NCBI GenBank assembly: GCA_038851325.1
Contig: JAWCKZ010000006.1
Location: 1-50,804 of the forward strand
Source: Candidatus Bilamarchaeaceae archaeon
GTDB taxonomy: Archaea > Micrarchaeota > Micrarchaeia > Anstonellales > Bilamarchaeaceae
Reading direction: 5' to 3'
Length of the DNA stretch: 50,804 bases
The translations under genes and the position numbers were made by a program. A model generated the notes under the pieces. It did no database searches. It was not told the DNA's origin and saw nothing but the letters and a program-made list of their open reading frames with translations. This document shows, one piece after another, positions 29,057 through 38,969 of the stretch. Position 1 is the first letter of the stretch; each line of letters starts with the position of its first letter.

Positions 29057-32000
29057 ATGGGTAAGTTACAAAAAATTCTTTTATCTCTACTCATATCCAG
29101 CCATCTTGCAGCCGGACTGCCAAAGAGTTCCATGGCGCAGGAAATTAATAAGTTTAAAAACTATTCGGAACAAAAGTATGGCATGGGGGTACCAGCATTC
29201 AAGGCACCACAGTTCTCTTCGCTGAAAGAGTTGGAGGAGGAGGCCCATGCTTTGATGGAAGCAGAGGAAAAGAAGCTGACAAAACTCCTCTTGAAATATT
29301 CAGACTACCAGAAAGGACAGCTTGCATTTTATTTTTTATATGCTTATTACAATTTATCTCCTGAGCAAAGGCAAAAAAGTGAGGATGGAAAGAGATTCTA
29401 TGCTCTTCTGGCAGGGTTATACAAATTCAAAGAAAAGAAGGATTTCAAAGACGGATCTGGAGATAAAAAAATTCAGGCTGAGCTTGCACTAAAGGACTCG
29501 GAAAAGTTTTTAGCATTTACTGCTGTTTTGACAGAAAAATATCCTGCTTATAGAGAAAGCGCGGCAGAGAAAAAACAAACCATCCTTCCTCTGCCAAATT
29601 ATCTTTTGGAAGGGTATGACCAAAAAGAGCTGCCGCAGATCGTATCAAAGCTGCCAAAGAAGGTCGACGTCCTGGCTTTAATACGTGCGGATACGCTTGA
29701 TAAATTTATCTCAGCGCTAGGTGTACCTGTTGGGGTCGGAGCATCAAGGGAAGATAAGGCCAAAGAACTGACAAAGACATTCCAGGAAGCCTTCAGCACA
29801 AGCGAGGAAAACGCCAGGCAGCTTGTCAAAGCCACGCTCTACACGTATTTCCTCCTGAAAGACGAGGATAAAGAAGCGTTCACAAAATGGCTTAAGGGGC
29901 TTACCGAGGCAGAACGAAAGCAACTGGCAAGTAGGGTTGAAACGGCTTCTGAAATGCGCAAGATAACCCTCCCAAGCGAGGAAGTAAAAAAAATGTTCCT
30001 CCAGTCGAAGATGGCAAAGGAAGAAGCGAAGAAGAAAGAAGAGGAAAGTCTGAAGCAGCTTGAGAAAGCCTACACAAAATATGTGCGCGAGAACGACTTT
30101 AAGTATTTTGCCGAAAATTTTGAGAAATATCCAAGCGGGAATGGCATAGAGATTCTCGAAAAGCGGCTTGAATATATACAGAAGAAAAAAGCACTGATTA
30201 AAGATAAAAAAGACGAGAAAAGCAAAAAAGAAGTTGCAAAGATAAACGAGGAGCTTGCTTTTGTGGAGAAATGGCTTGAAAAATTCGGCCTCCTCGCAGG
30301 GACGCCTGAGGGAAAGCTCGCAGAGATAAAAAATGGGATGGTGATGGTCCAGACAGCCTATTTCACGCTTAGCTCAGCGAACCTGAAACTCATCGATTAT
30401 TTCAAGGGTACTATGGTGAAGCGGGAGCTGAGGGACATTTACGTAAGATACGCTCTTAATATAGACAAGACGACAGGAAGGCTTTTCGTTGACCTTGATA
30501 CAACAAAGAAAAATTTTCCTGAAAAGGCAGCGGATATAGCAGTTCGGGCACTTGACCCGAAGATTATGAAAAATGCACAACAGGTCTTGCAGTCGGAGTA
30601 CTACACGCCCTCGCTGGGACCAGAAGCGCTGATTGATAAACCGCTTGAGGCAGCCGCATTTGGCTATCTTATTAGGTATATAGGAGAGGAGAGCCCGCTC
30701 ATGGCAACTACGTTCCTTAAATATGTTGACCAGGCTAAACGCAGTGGGGTTACCAATGCCAAGGAAAAGGAGCTTGTGACATCAACTGCCCTTAGACTCG
30801 CTGGGCTTAACCCTGTCCTCGTGATAAAATACTTTGCAGCATTGAAGCATCTTGCGGATATATGCACGGACAACCCTGATGCGTTTATCCGAGCACTCGA
30901 GATCATCAAGGCCCGTGTGGATGCCGTAACCGAGCCGATTTACAATCCAACCTCTACTTTCCAGATGACCCAGCCGAACATCAGGACGATGATAAACAGA
31001 CTGTCATTCGCATTTGATGCCATGATTTATCTAGACAAGAACAAGCTAACCCAGTATAACCGTTATGACCTGATGGACAACAATATATTCATCAGCCCGA
31101 CTGCCCCGCATCTCATAACCCAGAAGCCGCCGGGCTACAAATACCCTCTTACCGCAGGGAAGGAGGCGCCAGGCTACTATCTTACGCCGTATCCTTTTCC
31201 CTATTATCTTGACAAGGTGCCGTATGGAACGCCCTTTGCAGGCGGCGGCGTGAACAACTATGGCCAATATGGCTATGGTGGTACCATCAGTCTCCCGACT
31301 GTTGGCCTTCTGAATATTTCATCAGGAGCAGACGAAGTCGGTGCGGCAGTGAAAGGCTATCTTTTTGCCGGCCATCCAGTCATTGGCGTTCCTGAGTATT
31401 TTCCAAAAACGCGTATAACAGGCCTGAGCGCAACAGAACTGCTTAGCGAGATAAACAAGGCATTCATATCGACAGAGCCACTTAGGTATGACAAAACGGT
31501 TGTCGGCGGCGGCGGGTTTGCAGGCGTTGTTGGCAAAAAGCCAGGTGAGGAATGGGAAATTGGTGCAGGCGCGCTAGGCACACTGCTCACGCCAACAGGC
31601 GGCGCTGCCTTTGGAGGAAGTTATGAAACAAGCGGAAAGACCTTTGCAGGTGCAAGCGTTGTTGCAATGCCGATAGGCTACATAAAGAAAGGTGCTGCAA
31701 AGGGCAAAGAGGTTGGCGTCGAGAGCATACTAGGCGGTTATGAGCAGCTTGATGATGGCACAAAAAAGCTTCTGCTCACCTCAATTACGAATGTCTGGGA
31801 CCCTGAAAACCCGAGCGATGTTCTTATAACGGTTAACAGGGAGGAAACAGCAGAAGGAAAGGCATGGATGACCTCAAGGCTTTTCTATGTTGACAAGAAT
31901 GGAACAATCTTTGATGTAAAGGGTGGCACGAACGATTTTATCGAGATGCTTAATTTCTTTGCTGGCTATATAGACAAGCCATTATACGGAGTGAGAGGAT

Positions 32001-34657
32001 TCAAGTCACCGATTACAGGCGCTTATAACGTCGAGCCAAGCATAGAAAGAGGGGGTGCTGCACTTGCCTTCGACATTGGCAAGACCTCATGGCTCCTTCA
32101 TGCGCAGGCAATCCCGTTTATAACTGCTGACAAAAAGGCGCAAACAACCGTGATCGATCAAGAAATAGCTGCCGCACAAAAAATAATCGATGACCTGAGG
32201 GATCCGGAAAACCCAGAGGGTCTTCCTCGATTGACAGAAAAAAGGGACGCGGCTAATTGGAGAAAACAGGAGGCAGAAGCAGAGCTTGCTGCAGCAACAA
32301 CAGATGAGGAAAGGGCAGCAGCCCAGGAGAAAATAGATGCGGCAAATGCTGACATAGTTGCGGCAGAGGAAGCGATAAAAAAAGCCAATGACGCAATAGA
32401 GTCAGCCAACGCAACGATAGTAGCGAAAAGCCTTGAGAAGCAGAAGATTGCTGCTGATAGCGGCCAGCCGCTGCTGCTTGAATGGACGCCTGCATTTTCA
32501 GTGACAACAGAAAAAATGAGAAAGGAAGCAATAGACAATGCTAAGAAAAAGATAGCCGAGGGCGAGGCGGAAAAGGTAAAAGCAGAGAATGAAAGACTCA
32601 AGGCAGAGGCAAAAAAGGCAGAAGCAGAAAGCAGGCTGGCAGAGGGCCAAAGAGAGCTGGATGCTGCGGCGACTGAGGAGGCAAAGGCAGCTGCGCAGGC
32701 CAAGATTGCTGCTGCGCAAAGCGAGCTGTCAGCTGCAAAAGAGGAACTGCTAAAAGCAGAGGTAGCAGTGGGCGCCGCTAACACCAAAATAGCAGCAGGA
32801 AAGGCTGAGCTGGATTGGGCTGAAAAAAGCAAGAAGATAAATGTTTACGAGCTTGCATTCCCTGGAAAAATGCTGAAGATACAAGAGACTGCGGTGAAGG
32901 AAGAGGTATTTATTCAGGATGCGGTGTTCACAGTCAGGCAATTTGAAGGAGAAAAAGCATGGGAGCTGACCATCGGGGGAGGCATTGGCAAGTTGGCTTC
33001 TGACTTGATTACAAGCGAGAAGGAAATTACAACAGAAAAGCTGATTGGACAGGGTGGGGCATTCTATAAGGCGCAGGCACCTAAATCAAGCTGGGGTATT
33101 GGAGCTTATCTTGAAGCCGGTCCAACGAATTTCGAAGCACTGGCAATGCTGCAGGAGTCCGTAGAAACGGAATACTACCTTCAGAGCCTCTGGAGGATAG
33201 GAACAACGCTTTATGGGAGCAAGGCAGTAGCAAACAACGTTCTTCTCGGCGGTCTTGCTCATGTGTTGCCGCAGTTCACAGTTGCAAAAGAAAAGCCTGA
33301 ATGGGACCACGTGTTCTGGAGATTCATAGGATTCCTGAAAGCGATGAAATCAGCCGCAATGATAGATGTCAGCAGGATACCTGGGTTCGAGGAAATGGCC
33401 GTTGATTACGATAAGATGCTCGCCAATGTCAACAACGACCCAAAAAATGCAGAGACCTACATAAACAAGTTCAAGGAGCAGTATGAAACAGGTGCAAAAC
33501 AGATTTTTGATAACTATTATCTCGGTGTGCAGATCAACAAAGACCTCTCGATTGAGCTGTCCATCCTGGCAAAGGAAAAAGAGCAGGAATGGACAGGGCA
33601 GTGGCCTCCAGAAACAGTGCAGGCAAGAGCGCTTTATACATGGGACACTGGTTTCTGGCGGATATTCGCTTCCATTCCTACATGGATGACAGGAGGGATT
33701 GCAGCGGTTAAAACGACCGAGAGGATAGGAATAGTCGGAACTGGCGTAGGCTTTGATGCCTTTAGCGGCTTTATGCTGCAGAGGATGGCATTTGATGTCG
33801 GTGCTCTTCTTGCCATAGAAGATGCGGAGAGATTGGAGCCAGGCATCAAGGCAAAATGGGGAAAACCGGGCTGGTTTATGCAGGGAGCGGTGCAGCTTTA
33901 TTCAAACGTACTCGAGGAGGCAAAGCGCTACAGAACTCTTTTGGAAAATTATGCAAAATACGACGATGCGATAGCAAAGAGTGCATTTAAGGAAATCCCT
34001 TCTGATATTCTCAACATCATATGCGCCAATGTGCCGGAAGACATGTTCACTCCTAAGCTTTTGAAGCGGATAAAGGACCGGGAGATGGTTATACTTACAG
34101 ATGATCAAAAAGATGCGCTGAGCGATGCGCTGTGGGAATGGTTTTATGACGAGAAGACAAAGCTCGAGGGAAAATTCAATGGAAAGGTGAATTCGTATCT
34201 TGCTGCCAGCGGTTATTTCTTTGATGCAGGCAAAAAAATCTACTGGGATATTGGAGCGTTCTTTGAATATGTCGACAATGTGAAGGCTTATCTCATAGCA
34301 GCGAAAAGGGAGGAGCTTGGCTTTTATACCGGTGTTGATTTTTACATAAAGCCAAAGGTTGTGCTGGGCGCCGTGGCAGGAGTTACTGTTACCGGTAAGC
34401 CGCAGGCTGGTGGCGGCATCTCTTTCAAGCTAAAAGTCGGGCCTGGCTGGTTGGGCGTGTACGGCTATGGCAAAACCGCCAAACCCCCTGTTTACTCGCA
34501 TCCTGCATACGTTCCGTACGAACACACAGGAAAGCCAGAGTTCGGTATAGTAATTTACTACCTCGTGGGTTTTGGTGCCGGCTCGCGGCTTCAATTCGTT
34601 CCGCCAGCACCCACATACGTTCCGCCGGGTGCACCTGGTCCATCTCGCTATCCATAA
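29057..34657 (+). CDS. Giant secreted protein (1866 aa): helical N-half, Gly/aromatic beta-strand-rich C-half with Ala-rich coiled-coil inserts
   Basis: Signal-like MGKLQKILLSLLISSHLAAG; Ala/Glu/Lys heptads at ~32150-32830; many amphipathic beta strands. Confidence 0.85.
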   Translation: MGKLQKILLSLLISSHLAAGLPKSSMAQEINKFKNYSEQKYGMGVPAFKAPQFSSLKELEEEAHALMEAEEKKLTKLLLKYSDYQKGQLAFYFLYAYYNLSPEQRQKSEDGKRFYALLAGLYKFKEKKDFKDGSGDKKIQAELALKDSEKFLAFTAVLTEKYPAYRESAAEKKQTILPLPNYLLEGYDQKELPQIVSKLPKKVDVLALIRADTLDKFISALGVPVGVGASREDKAKELTKTFQEAFSTSEENARQLVKATLYTYFLLKDEDKEAFTKWLKGLTEAERKQLASRVETASEMRKITLPSEEVKKMFLQSKMAKEEAKKKEEESLKQLEKAYTKYVRENDFKYFAENFEKYPSGNGIEILEKRLEYIQKKKALIKDKKDEKSKKEVAKINEELAFVEKWLEKFGLLAGTPEGKLAEIKNGMVMVQTAYFTLSSANLKLIDYFKGTMVKRELRDIYVRYALNIDKTTGRLFVDLDTTKKNFPEKAADIAVRALDPKIMKNAQQVLQSEYYTPSLGPEALIDKPLEAAAFGYLIRYIGEESPLMATTFLKYVDQAKRSGVTNAKEKELVTSTALRLAGLNPVLVIKYFAALKHLADICTDNPDAFIRALEIIKARVDAVTEPIYNPTSTFQMTQPNIRTMINRLSFAFDAMIYLDKNKLTQYNRYDLMDNNIFISPTAPHLITQKPPGYKYPLTAGKEAPGYYLTPYPFPYYLDKVPYGTPFAGGGVNNYGQYGYGGTISLPTVGLLNISSGADEVGAAVKGYLFAGHPVIGVPEYFPKTRITGLSATELLSEINKAFISTEPLRYDKTVVGGGGFAGVVGKKPGEEWEIGAGALGTLLTPTGGAAFGGSYETSGKTFAGASVVAMPIGYIKKGAAKGKEVGVESILGGYEQLDDGTKKLLLTSITNVWDPENPSDVLITVNREETAEGKAWMTSRLFYVDKNGTIFDVKGGTNDFIEMLNFFAGYIDKPLYGVRGFKSPITGAYNVEPSIERGGAALAFDIGKTSWLLHAQAIPFITADKKAQTTVIDQEIAAAQKIIDDLRDPENPEGLPRLTEKRDAANWRKQEAEAELAAATTDEERAAAQEKIDAANADIVAAEEAIKKANDAIESANATIVAKSLEKQKIAADSGQPLLLEWTPAFSVTTEKMRKEAIDNAKKKIAEGEAEKVKAENERLKAEAKKAEAESRLAEGQRELDAAATEEAKAAAQAKIAAAQSELSAAKEELLKAEVAVGAANTKIAAGKAELDWAEKSKKINVYELAFPGKMLKIQETAVKEEVFIQDAVFTVRQFEGEKAWELTIGGGIGKLASDLITSEKEITTEKLIGQGGAFYKAQAPKSSWGIGAYLEAGPTNFEALAMLQESVETEYYLQSLWRIGTTLYGSKAVANNVLLGGLAHVLPQFTVAKEKPEWDHVFWRFIGFLKAMKSAAMIDVSRIPGFEEMAVDYDKMLANVNNDPKNAETYINKFKEQYETGAKQIFDNYYLGVQINKDLSIELSILAKEKEQEWTGQWPPETVQARALYTWDTGFWRIFASIPTWMTGGIAAVKTTERIGIVGTGVGFDAFSGFMLQRMAFDVGALLAIEDAERLEPGIKAKWGKPGWFMQGAVQLYSNVLEEAKRYRTLLENYAKYDDAIAKSAFKEIPSDILNIICANVPEDMFTPKLLKRIKDREMVILTDDQKDALSDALWEWFYDEKTKLEGKFNGKVNSYLAASGYFFDAGKKIYWDIGAFFEYVDNVKAYLIAAKREELGFYTGVDFYIKPKVVLGAVAGVTVTGKPQAGGGISFKLKVGPGWLGVYGYGKTAKPPVYSHPAYVPYEHTGKPEFGIVIYYLVGFGAGSRLQFVPPAPTYVPPGAPGPSRYP

Positions 34658-34701
34658 GTTATTAAAATTAGCTCTGCTAATGCTATAATCGGGATGATAA
34701 G

Positions 34702-35112
34702 ATGATACTGGAATTTTTGGATTTTGAATTCGCCGAAGCAAGGAAGACAGAGGAAGGAATACCGAAAATGCCAAAGGGAATAAACACGAATATTGACATT
34801 ACCGATGCCGAGTTGAAAAACAATATTCTGAACTTAAGATTTACTTACCGTGCGAGGTACATCCCTGAAGAGCACTACATACGGATTGACGGAATAGCGC
34901 GTTTCAAAGGACCCGAGGTGAAAACTGCCTATGATGAGTGGAGAAAAACAAGGAGGATAACCGGCATTGCCGGAGAGCAGGTTATTAATGCGATAAATTA
35001 CAGTTCTTCGATAAATTCCGTGTTTATAGCAAGAGTATTCAATCTCACGCCGCCGCTTGTGCCCCCCATAATAAAGTTTGAAGAACCAGTAAGGGAAAAA
35101 TCAAAAAGGTAG
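34702..35112 (+). CDS. Conserved archaeal protein, possibly SecB-like fold
   Basis: 136 aa; four-strand pattern (INTNIDIT, LNLRFTYRARY, YIRIDGIARF), then helices and a Pro-rich tail (LTPPLVPP), as in SecB-like proteins. Confidence 0.5.
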   Translation: MILEFLDFEFAEARKTEEGIPKMPKGINTNIDITDAELKNNILNLRFTYRARYIPEEHYIRIDGIARFKGPEVKTAYDEWRKTRRITGIAGEQVINAINYSSSINSVFIARVFNLTPPLVPPIIKFEEPVREKSKR

Positions 35113-35146
35113 AAAACCTTTTAATCCTCACAGATAAAATACAACC

Positions 35147-35944
35147 ATGCGCTCGCTCGTATTAATTTTGCTTCTTTTTGGAAGTATAAGTGCTGTGCAC
35201 ATGCTTGCACCTGTTGATACAGAGATAAAAGAAGGCGACGTTGTCTACATAGGGGAGATAGGCCCGGGACAGACAATACCGCTTGTTATAGAGGAAAAGG
35301 TAACCACAGGTGGAAAATTTGGTATCGGTGGCGATTATAATCTTGTTATATTTGAGCAGGTTCCGGTTCGCTGGCGAGGTGAAAGAAGTAAACTCTATGG
35401 CCACCCTCTTCAAGCTTCGCTTACTGCTGATTCGAATGCGCAGGAGGGCGAGTACACAGCCAAAGTTGTCGTGATAGATGAAAACAACGCAGACGGGCTC
35501 GGTAATGTAAGTTTTTTTGTTAAGGTAAACATAACCTATGACGTTATGGACATGGATGTTCATCCCACTTTTGTACGGACCGGCCCGGGTCAGCCTGCCC
35601 GTTTTGAGATAACAATTAAGAACAAAGGAGCTACAGGAGACGCATTCGAGGTATCTGCAACTGGAGAAAAAAGATGGGAATTCAAGCGCACTGTTTTTGT
35701 CCCTGCAAAGAGCTCAAAGACAATAGTATATGAAATTGTCGGGAATGAAGAAGAGGTTTACAGGTCAAAGATTGCTGTTGTCTCGCGAGCGAGTCAGATC
35801 ATCCATGAAGAAAAGAATGTCGTGGTAGATGTTCGCTCTGACATAATAGGTGACATGAAGGCCACGAATAACGGTGTCATAATATTCCCTATATATGAGT
35901 CGCTGGTATACGCTTTCTTCGGCTTAATTTCAAATATATTCTAG
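35147..35944 (+). CDS. Secreted/membrane-anchored Ig-like domain protein
   Basis: Signal peptide; AQEGEYTAKV and FEITIKNKG...VPAKSSKT beta-sandwich motifs; hydrophobic C-terminus. Confidence 0.7.
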   Translation: MRSLVLILLLFGSISAVHMLAPVDTEIKEGDVVYIGEIGPGQTIPLVIEEKVTTGGKFGIGGDYNLVIFEQVPVRWRGERSKLYGHPLQASLTADSNAQEGEYTAKVVVIDENNADGLGNVSFFVKVNITYDVMDMDVHPTFVRTGPGQPARFEITIKNKGATGDAFEVSATGEKRWEFKRTVFVPAKSSKTIVYEIVGNEEEVYRSKIAVVSRASQIIHEEKNVVVDVRSDIIGDMKATNNGVIIFPIYESLVYAFFGLISNIF

Positions 35945-35992
35945 CCTTTGAGGAGAGCAATCTTTAAATTTAAGACCTTTATACTTTTTTAT

Positions 35993-36133
35993 GGGCTCGT
36001 AGCTCAGAAACTTTTTGGAAAAAGTTTCTCAAAAAATTGGTTGCTGAAAAGTTGAGCAACTTGGATAGAGCGGCACTCTCCTATCGCAATGGAAGAAAGG
36101 TGAAGGTCGGGAGTTCAAATCTCCCCGGGCCCG
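35993..36133 (+). tRNA. tRNA-Arg(CCT) with two introns (15/16: 36008-36059; 37/38: 36084-36097)
   Basis: GGGCTCG/CGGGCCC acceptor stem, GCTC/GAGC D-stem, GGATA (A20), GGGAG-TTCAAAT-CTCCC; BHB GCTC-AG|A ... GAGC-AA|C. Confidence 0.85.
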
Positions 36134-36268
36134 TTTAAAAAACCAGTAAGAAAACCTCCACGACCGCCGCAGCCTGAGAGAAACAGCAAGCCTGCGGCAC
36201 CTTGAAAACATTTAGAAAACAGAGAAAACAGAAAGAAACTTAAGAAAACAGGAAGAATACATAAAAAA

Positions 36269-36416
36269 CGCCCCGGTCGGGATTTTCATTATCTCGCATT
36301 CTGAGAGCGAGGATAAGATAAGTACTTTGAACCCGAGTCGAGGGAGTGACAGTCCCTAATGCTAGACCACTACGCGCTTTGACTCAATCTGAGCCAACCC
36401 TCTACACCACCGGAGC
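36269..36416 (-). tRNA. tRNA-Asp(GTC) with two introns (D-loop ~15/16, ~30-32 nt; T-loop 59/60: 36283-36325)
   Basis: GCTCCGG/CCGGGGC-G acceptor, AGGGA-CTGTCAC-TCCCT anticodon arm, TCGGG/CCCGA T-stem; BHB TTCA-AA|G ... TGAA-AA|T. Confidence 0.88.
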
Positions 36417-36492
36417 TGAAGTAGTTAAAGTTTGTCGGTTGGTTTTTTTAACCTTTTCGTCTTCTTTGTTCATCCATCGCTATATAACATAA

Positions 36493-38805
36493 CTATTTTT
36501 TTTCAGAAGAGATAGCGCTTCCCTCCTTTTTGTTTGCGGCTTTTATCTTTCTGCTTTCGATGTCGTCTTTTAGTATTTTCTTGAAAAGTGGCTCCCATTT
36601 CTTCCATGCGTCTGCGAAATCAACACTTCCTGTTTCGGTTTCAATGCTTGCTAGCAGTTTATTTGCAGCAGTGTTTGCCTTTAAGACAAAATCGATCTCA
36701 AGAAGGAGTTTATCATCAAGCAACTTACTTGTCTTCGCTATATCGTAATACATCTTTGCCTTAAAGAATGCCTGAAGTATATACTGTTCTGGAGATATAC
36801 CAGTCTCCTCGCACCGTCTTGCAAGAGCAGGTGGAATAAAAGCAATATCAAGTTCTTTCTCCAGGTGTTTCAGGTCGATCTTATCTGCCTTTGTTGCACT
36901 TGCCTCTGGGTTTCTGATGAACTTGCACTCCCAAATGCATGCATCTATGGCTGGACCCCTTCTAAATCTAAAGACCTCCACAAACTTCTTTTCATCTATA
37001 TCGCTCTCATACTCGTAGCCAAGCACTCTGTAGATACGCCCCTTTCTTCCAAATCTTACCTTTTTCAAGAAAGAGTATCTGTCTGTTGCATACATACTTG
37101 CTGCCGGTATTCCGAAAACAAGCTCCAATCTGTCCTGGACGTCTCTAAGAGATTCTGCATGAAGATTGTAAAGTAGGAATACGCCAGGTTGGGTATTAAG
37201 CAGATTTACAATACCTTGAACTGCTGTTCGCGAGCGCACTTCGTTTATTATGATTGCAGCGTCACCCATTCGCAAAAGCGCATTTGCCATGGAAACAAGG
37301 TCTAGTTCCTTAGTTCGTTCTTCCTCTGCCTCTCCGCTTGCAACCCGCGCGGCGCCTATATGAAAACCGCGTTTTCTGAATGTGCGAACTGGTATCTCTT
37401 CTATATCTTGAATTGGTATTATCCTTCTTCGCGTTCCGATTGATGTTATCTTTGCAGCAGTGAATGCAGTTTTTCCAACACCCTTCAGCCCAAGAACCGC
37501 TTCGCTGCAGCCTAGGGTAACGAGAACATCATCGTATCCAGCAAAAAATGGGCTCATAGAGTAATAATCAAGATACTGCGCATAAGTGAACGGCTGCTCC
37601 TTCATTATACGTAAGGCCCCTTGAAGTTCTTCGAATGTCGCCGGTGGTCTCTGGAGATGGCTTCTCATGCTCAATCTCTTCACAACAGCATCAAATATAG
37701 GACTTCCTTCGTCAAATTTTCGCAGTGAACCGGTGGTCCTCACAATATTCTTGAACGCTCGCTCAAGCAGCTCTCTATTGTATCTATAGAGAGTGTGACA
37801 GATTCCGTATTTCACATGCTCTATATATAGCGGAGAGTTCTCACTATCTATATAGATATCCGTAACATTATCTTTATCAAGCGCAAGGTTCTCTATATGC
37901 GCACCAAATCCAACCACCCACGCAGCGCACTCCCGACCCATAGCAAGTGCTTGCTCCGGAGTTATCTTGAAGCCTTCCATCAACGCCTTATCTATGAAAT
38001 ATTGACGATATTCTCGCGTTTTCAATTGCATCAATATGTCCCATCTTATATCTTCAAATGATTCCTTCAGTTGTTCGTGGATGGTATCTCTAAGAAGTTT
38101 GCGTAACTCTGGCGGAAGATTTTCTATTACCGGGTTTCTCTGTACGTAAAGATACGCCTCTGCGCCTGGTACTTCATAAATCTGCACATCTATACCATAA
38201 GGAAGGGAGTAATGGGCATCTGGCGAATCAACAGGCACAGCATTTTTCGGAATGTCAAGAACAAGCGATGCAACGAAATAAAGGCTTTTTAACCCTGTGA
38301 GTGATAAAAAGGCTGCGCGAAGATCCCCGGTCTTCTTCACTAATGCATAGAGCTTTGTTGCCACGAACCTCTTCAGTATGCCCCCCACCCATCCTCTAAA
38401 GGTATTGTATCCATCAACGTAGATAGACCTCTCTGGCGGCGGTTCCTTGTATTCCAAAAGCACCCTCTCTGCTATGAGCGGGTTTAAGAAAACATACTCA
38501 TAAAAACGTCGAAGTAGTGCCTTTCTATTTTCATATTCTGGATCTTCCTTTAGTCCGTATACATCAGTTCGTAAGAGGATAGCCTCGAACTGTCTTATGA
38601 ATGCTGCATACTCTGTGAGTATTGCTGTTTTTTCCTCGTCAAGCTCAACAACGATTTCTTCCTCATACCTTATTCTTTTTATCGGCTTTTCAGTTGTTGA
38701 AAGGTCTTTCAGGTGAAAATTTATGAACTCAGGGGAGGCAAACTCATAAGGGCATTTTGATAGATCCACAACAGCTCTGTTTCCTTCAAGATAAAGATTG
38801 CACAT
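36493..38805 (-). CDS. Divergent secretion/traffic ATPase (VirB11/FlaI/TadA superfamily)
   Basis: NVTDIYIDSENSPLYIEHVKYG, Walker A GLKGVGKT, Asp-box IQDIEEI, ALLRMGD..IIINEVR (Walker B region), His-box-like YNLHA; long N-terminal extension. Confidence 0.75.
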   Translation of the reverse strand: MCNLYLEGNRAVVDLSKCPYEFASPEFINFHLKDLSTTEKPIKRIRYEEEIVVELDEEKTAILTEYAAFIRQFEAILLRTDVYGLKEDPEYENRKALLRRFYEYVFLNPLIAERVLLEYKEPPPERSIYVDGYNTFRGWVGGILKRFVATKLYALVKKTGDLRAAFLSLTGLKSLYFVASLVLDIPKNAVPVDSPDAHYSLPYGIDVQIYEVPGAEAYLYVQRNPVIENLPPELRKLLRDTIHEQLKESFEDIRWDILMQLKTREYRQYFIDKALMEGFKITPEQALAMGRECAAWVVGFGAHIENLALDKDNVTDIYIDSENSPLYIEHVKYGICHTLYRYNRELLERAFKNIVRTTGSLRKFDEGSPIFDAVVKRLSMRSHLQRPPATFEELQGALRIMKEQPFTYAQYLDYYSMSPFFAGYDDVLVTLGCSEAVLGLKGVGKTAFTAAKITSIGTRRRIIPIQDIEEIPVRTFRKRGFHIGAARVASGEAEEERTKELDLVSMANALLRMGDAAIIINEVRSRTAVQGIVNLLNTQPGVFLLYNLHAESLRDVQDRLELVFGIPAASMYATDRYSFLKKVRFGRKGRIYRVLGYEYESDIDEKKFVEVFRFRRGPAIDACIWECKFIRNPEASATKADKIDLKHLEKELDIAFIPPALARRCEETGISPEQYILQAFFKAKMYYDIAKTSKLLDDKLLLEIDFVLKANTAANKLLASIETETGSVDFADAWKKWEPLFKKILKDDIESRKIKAANKKEGSAISSEKK

Positions 38806-38861
38806 GTTCCTACTTCTCCTAAATGCTTTTTAAATATTCAGCTGGCAAAATAAGATTACAC

Positions 38862-38969
38862 GGGCTCGTAGTCGAATGGTAAGACGCTGCCTTCGCAAGG
38901 CCTTACAATAGTTGCATATTTTTATCTCGGGAAAGGCAGAGACTCAGGGTTCAAATCCCTGCGAGTCCA
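38862..38969 (+). tRNA. tRNA-Ala(CGC) with canonical 37/38 intron (38898-38933)
   Basis: GGGCTCG/CGAGTCC-A with G3:U70; CTGCC-TTCGCA|A-GGCAG; CAGGG-TTCAAAT-CCCTG; BHB TTCG/CGGG. Confidence 0.92.

Noticed and set aside
32158..32832. 224-aa Ser/Ala-rich antisense ORF and other shadow ORFs opposite real genes
   Set aside because: Mirror of the Ala-rich coiled coil or of codon bias on the coding strand
36160..36262. GCCGCAG/CTGCGGC hairpin and GAAAACA repeats between convergent tRNAs
   Set aside because: Consistent with terminator or low-complexity sequence for the minus-strand tRNA
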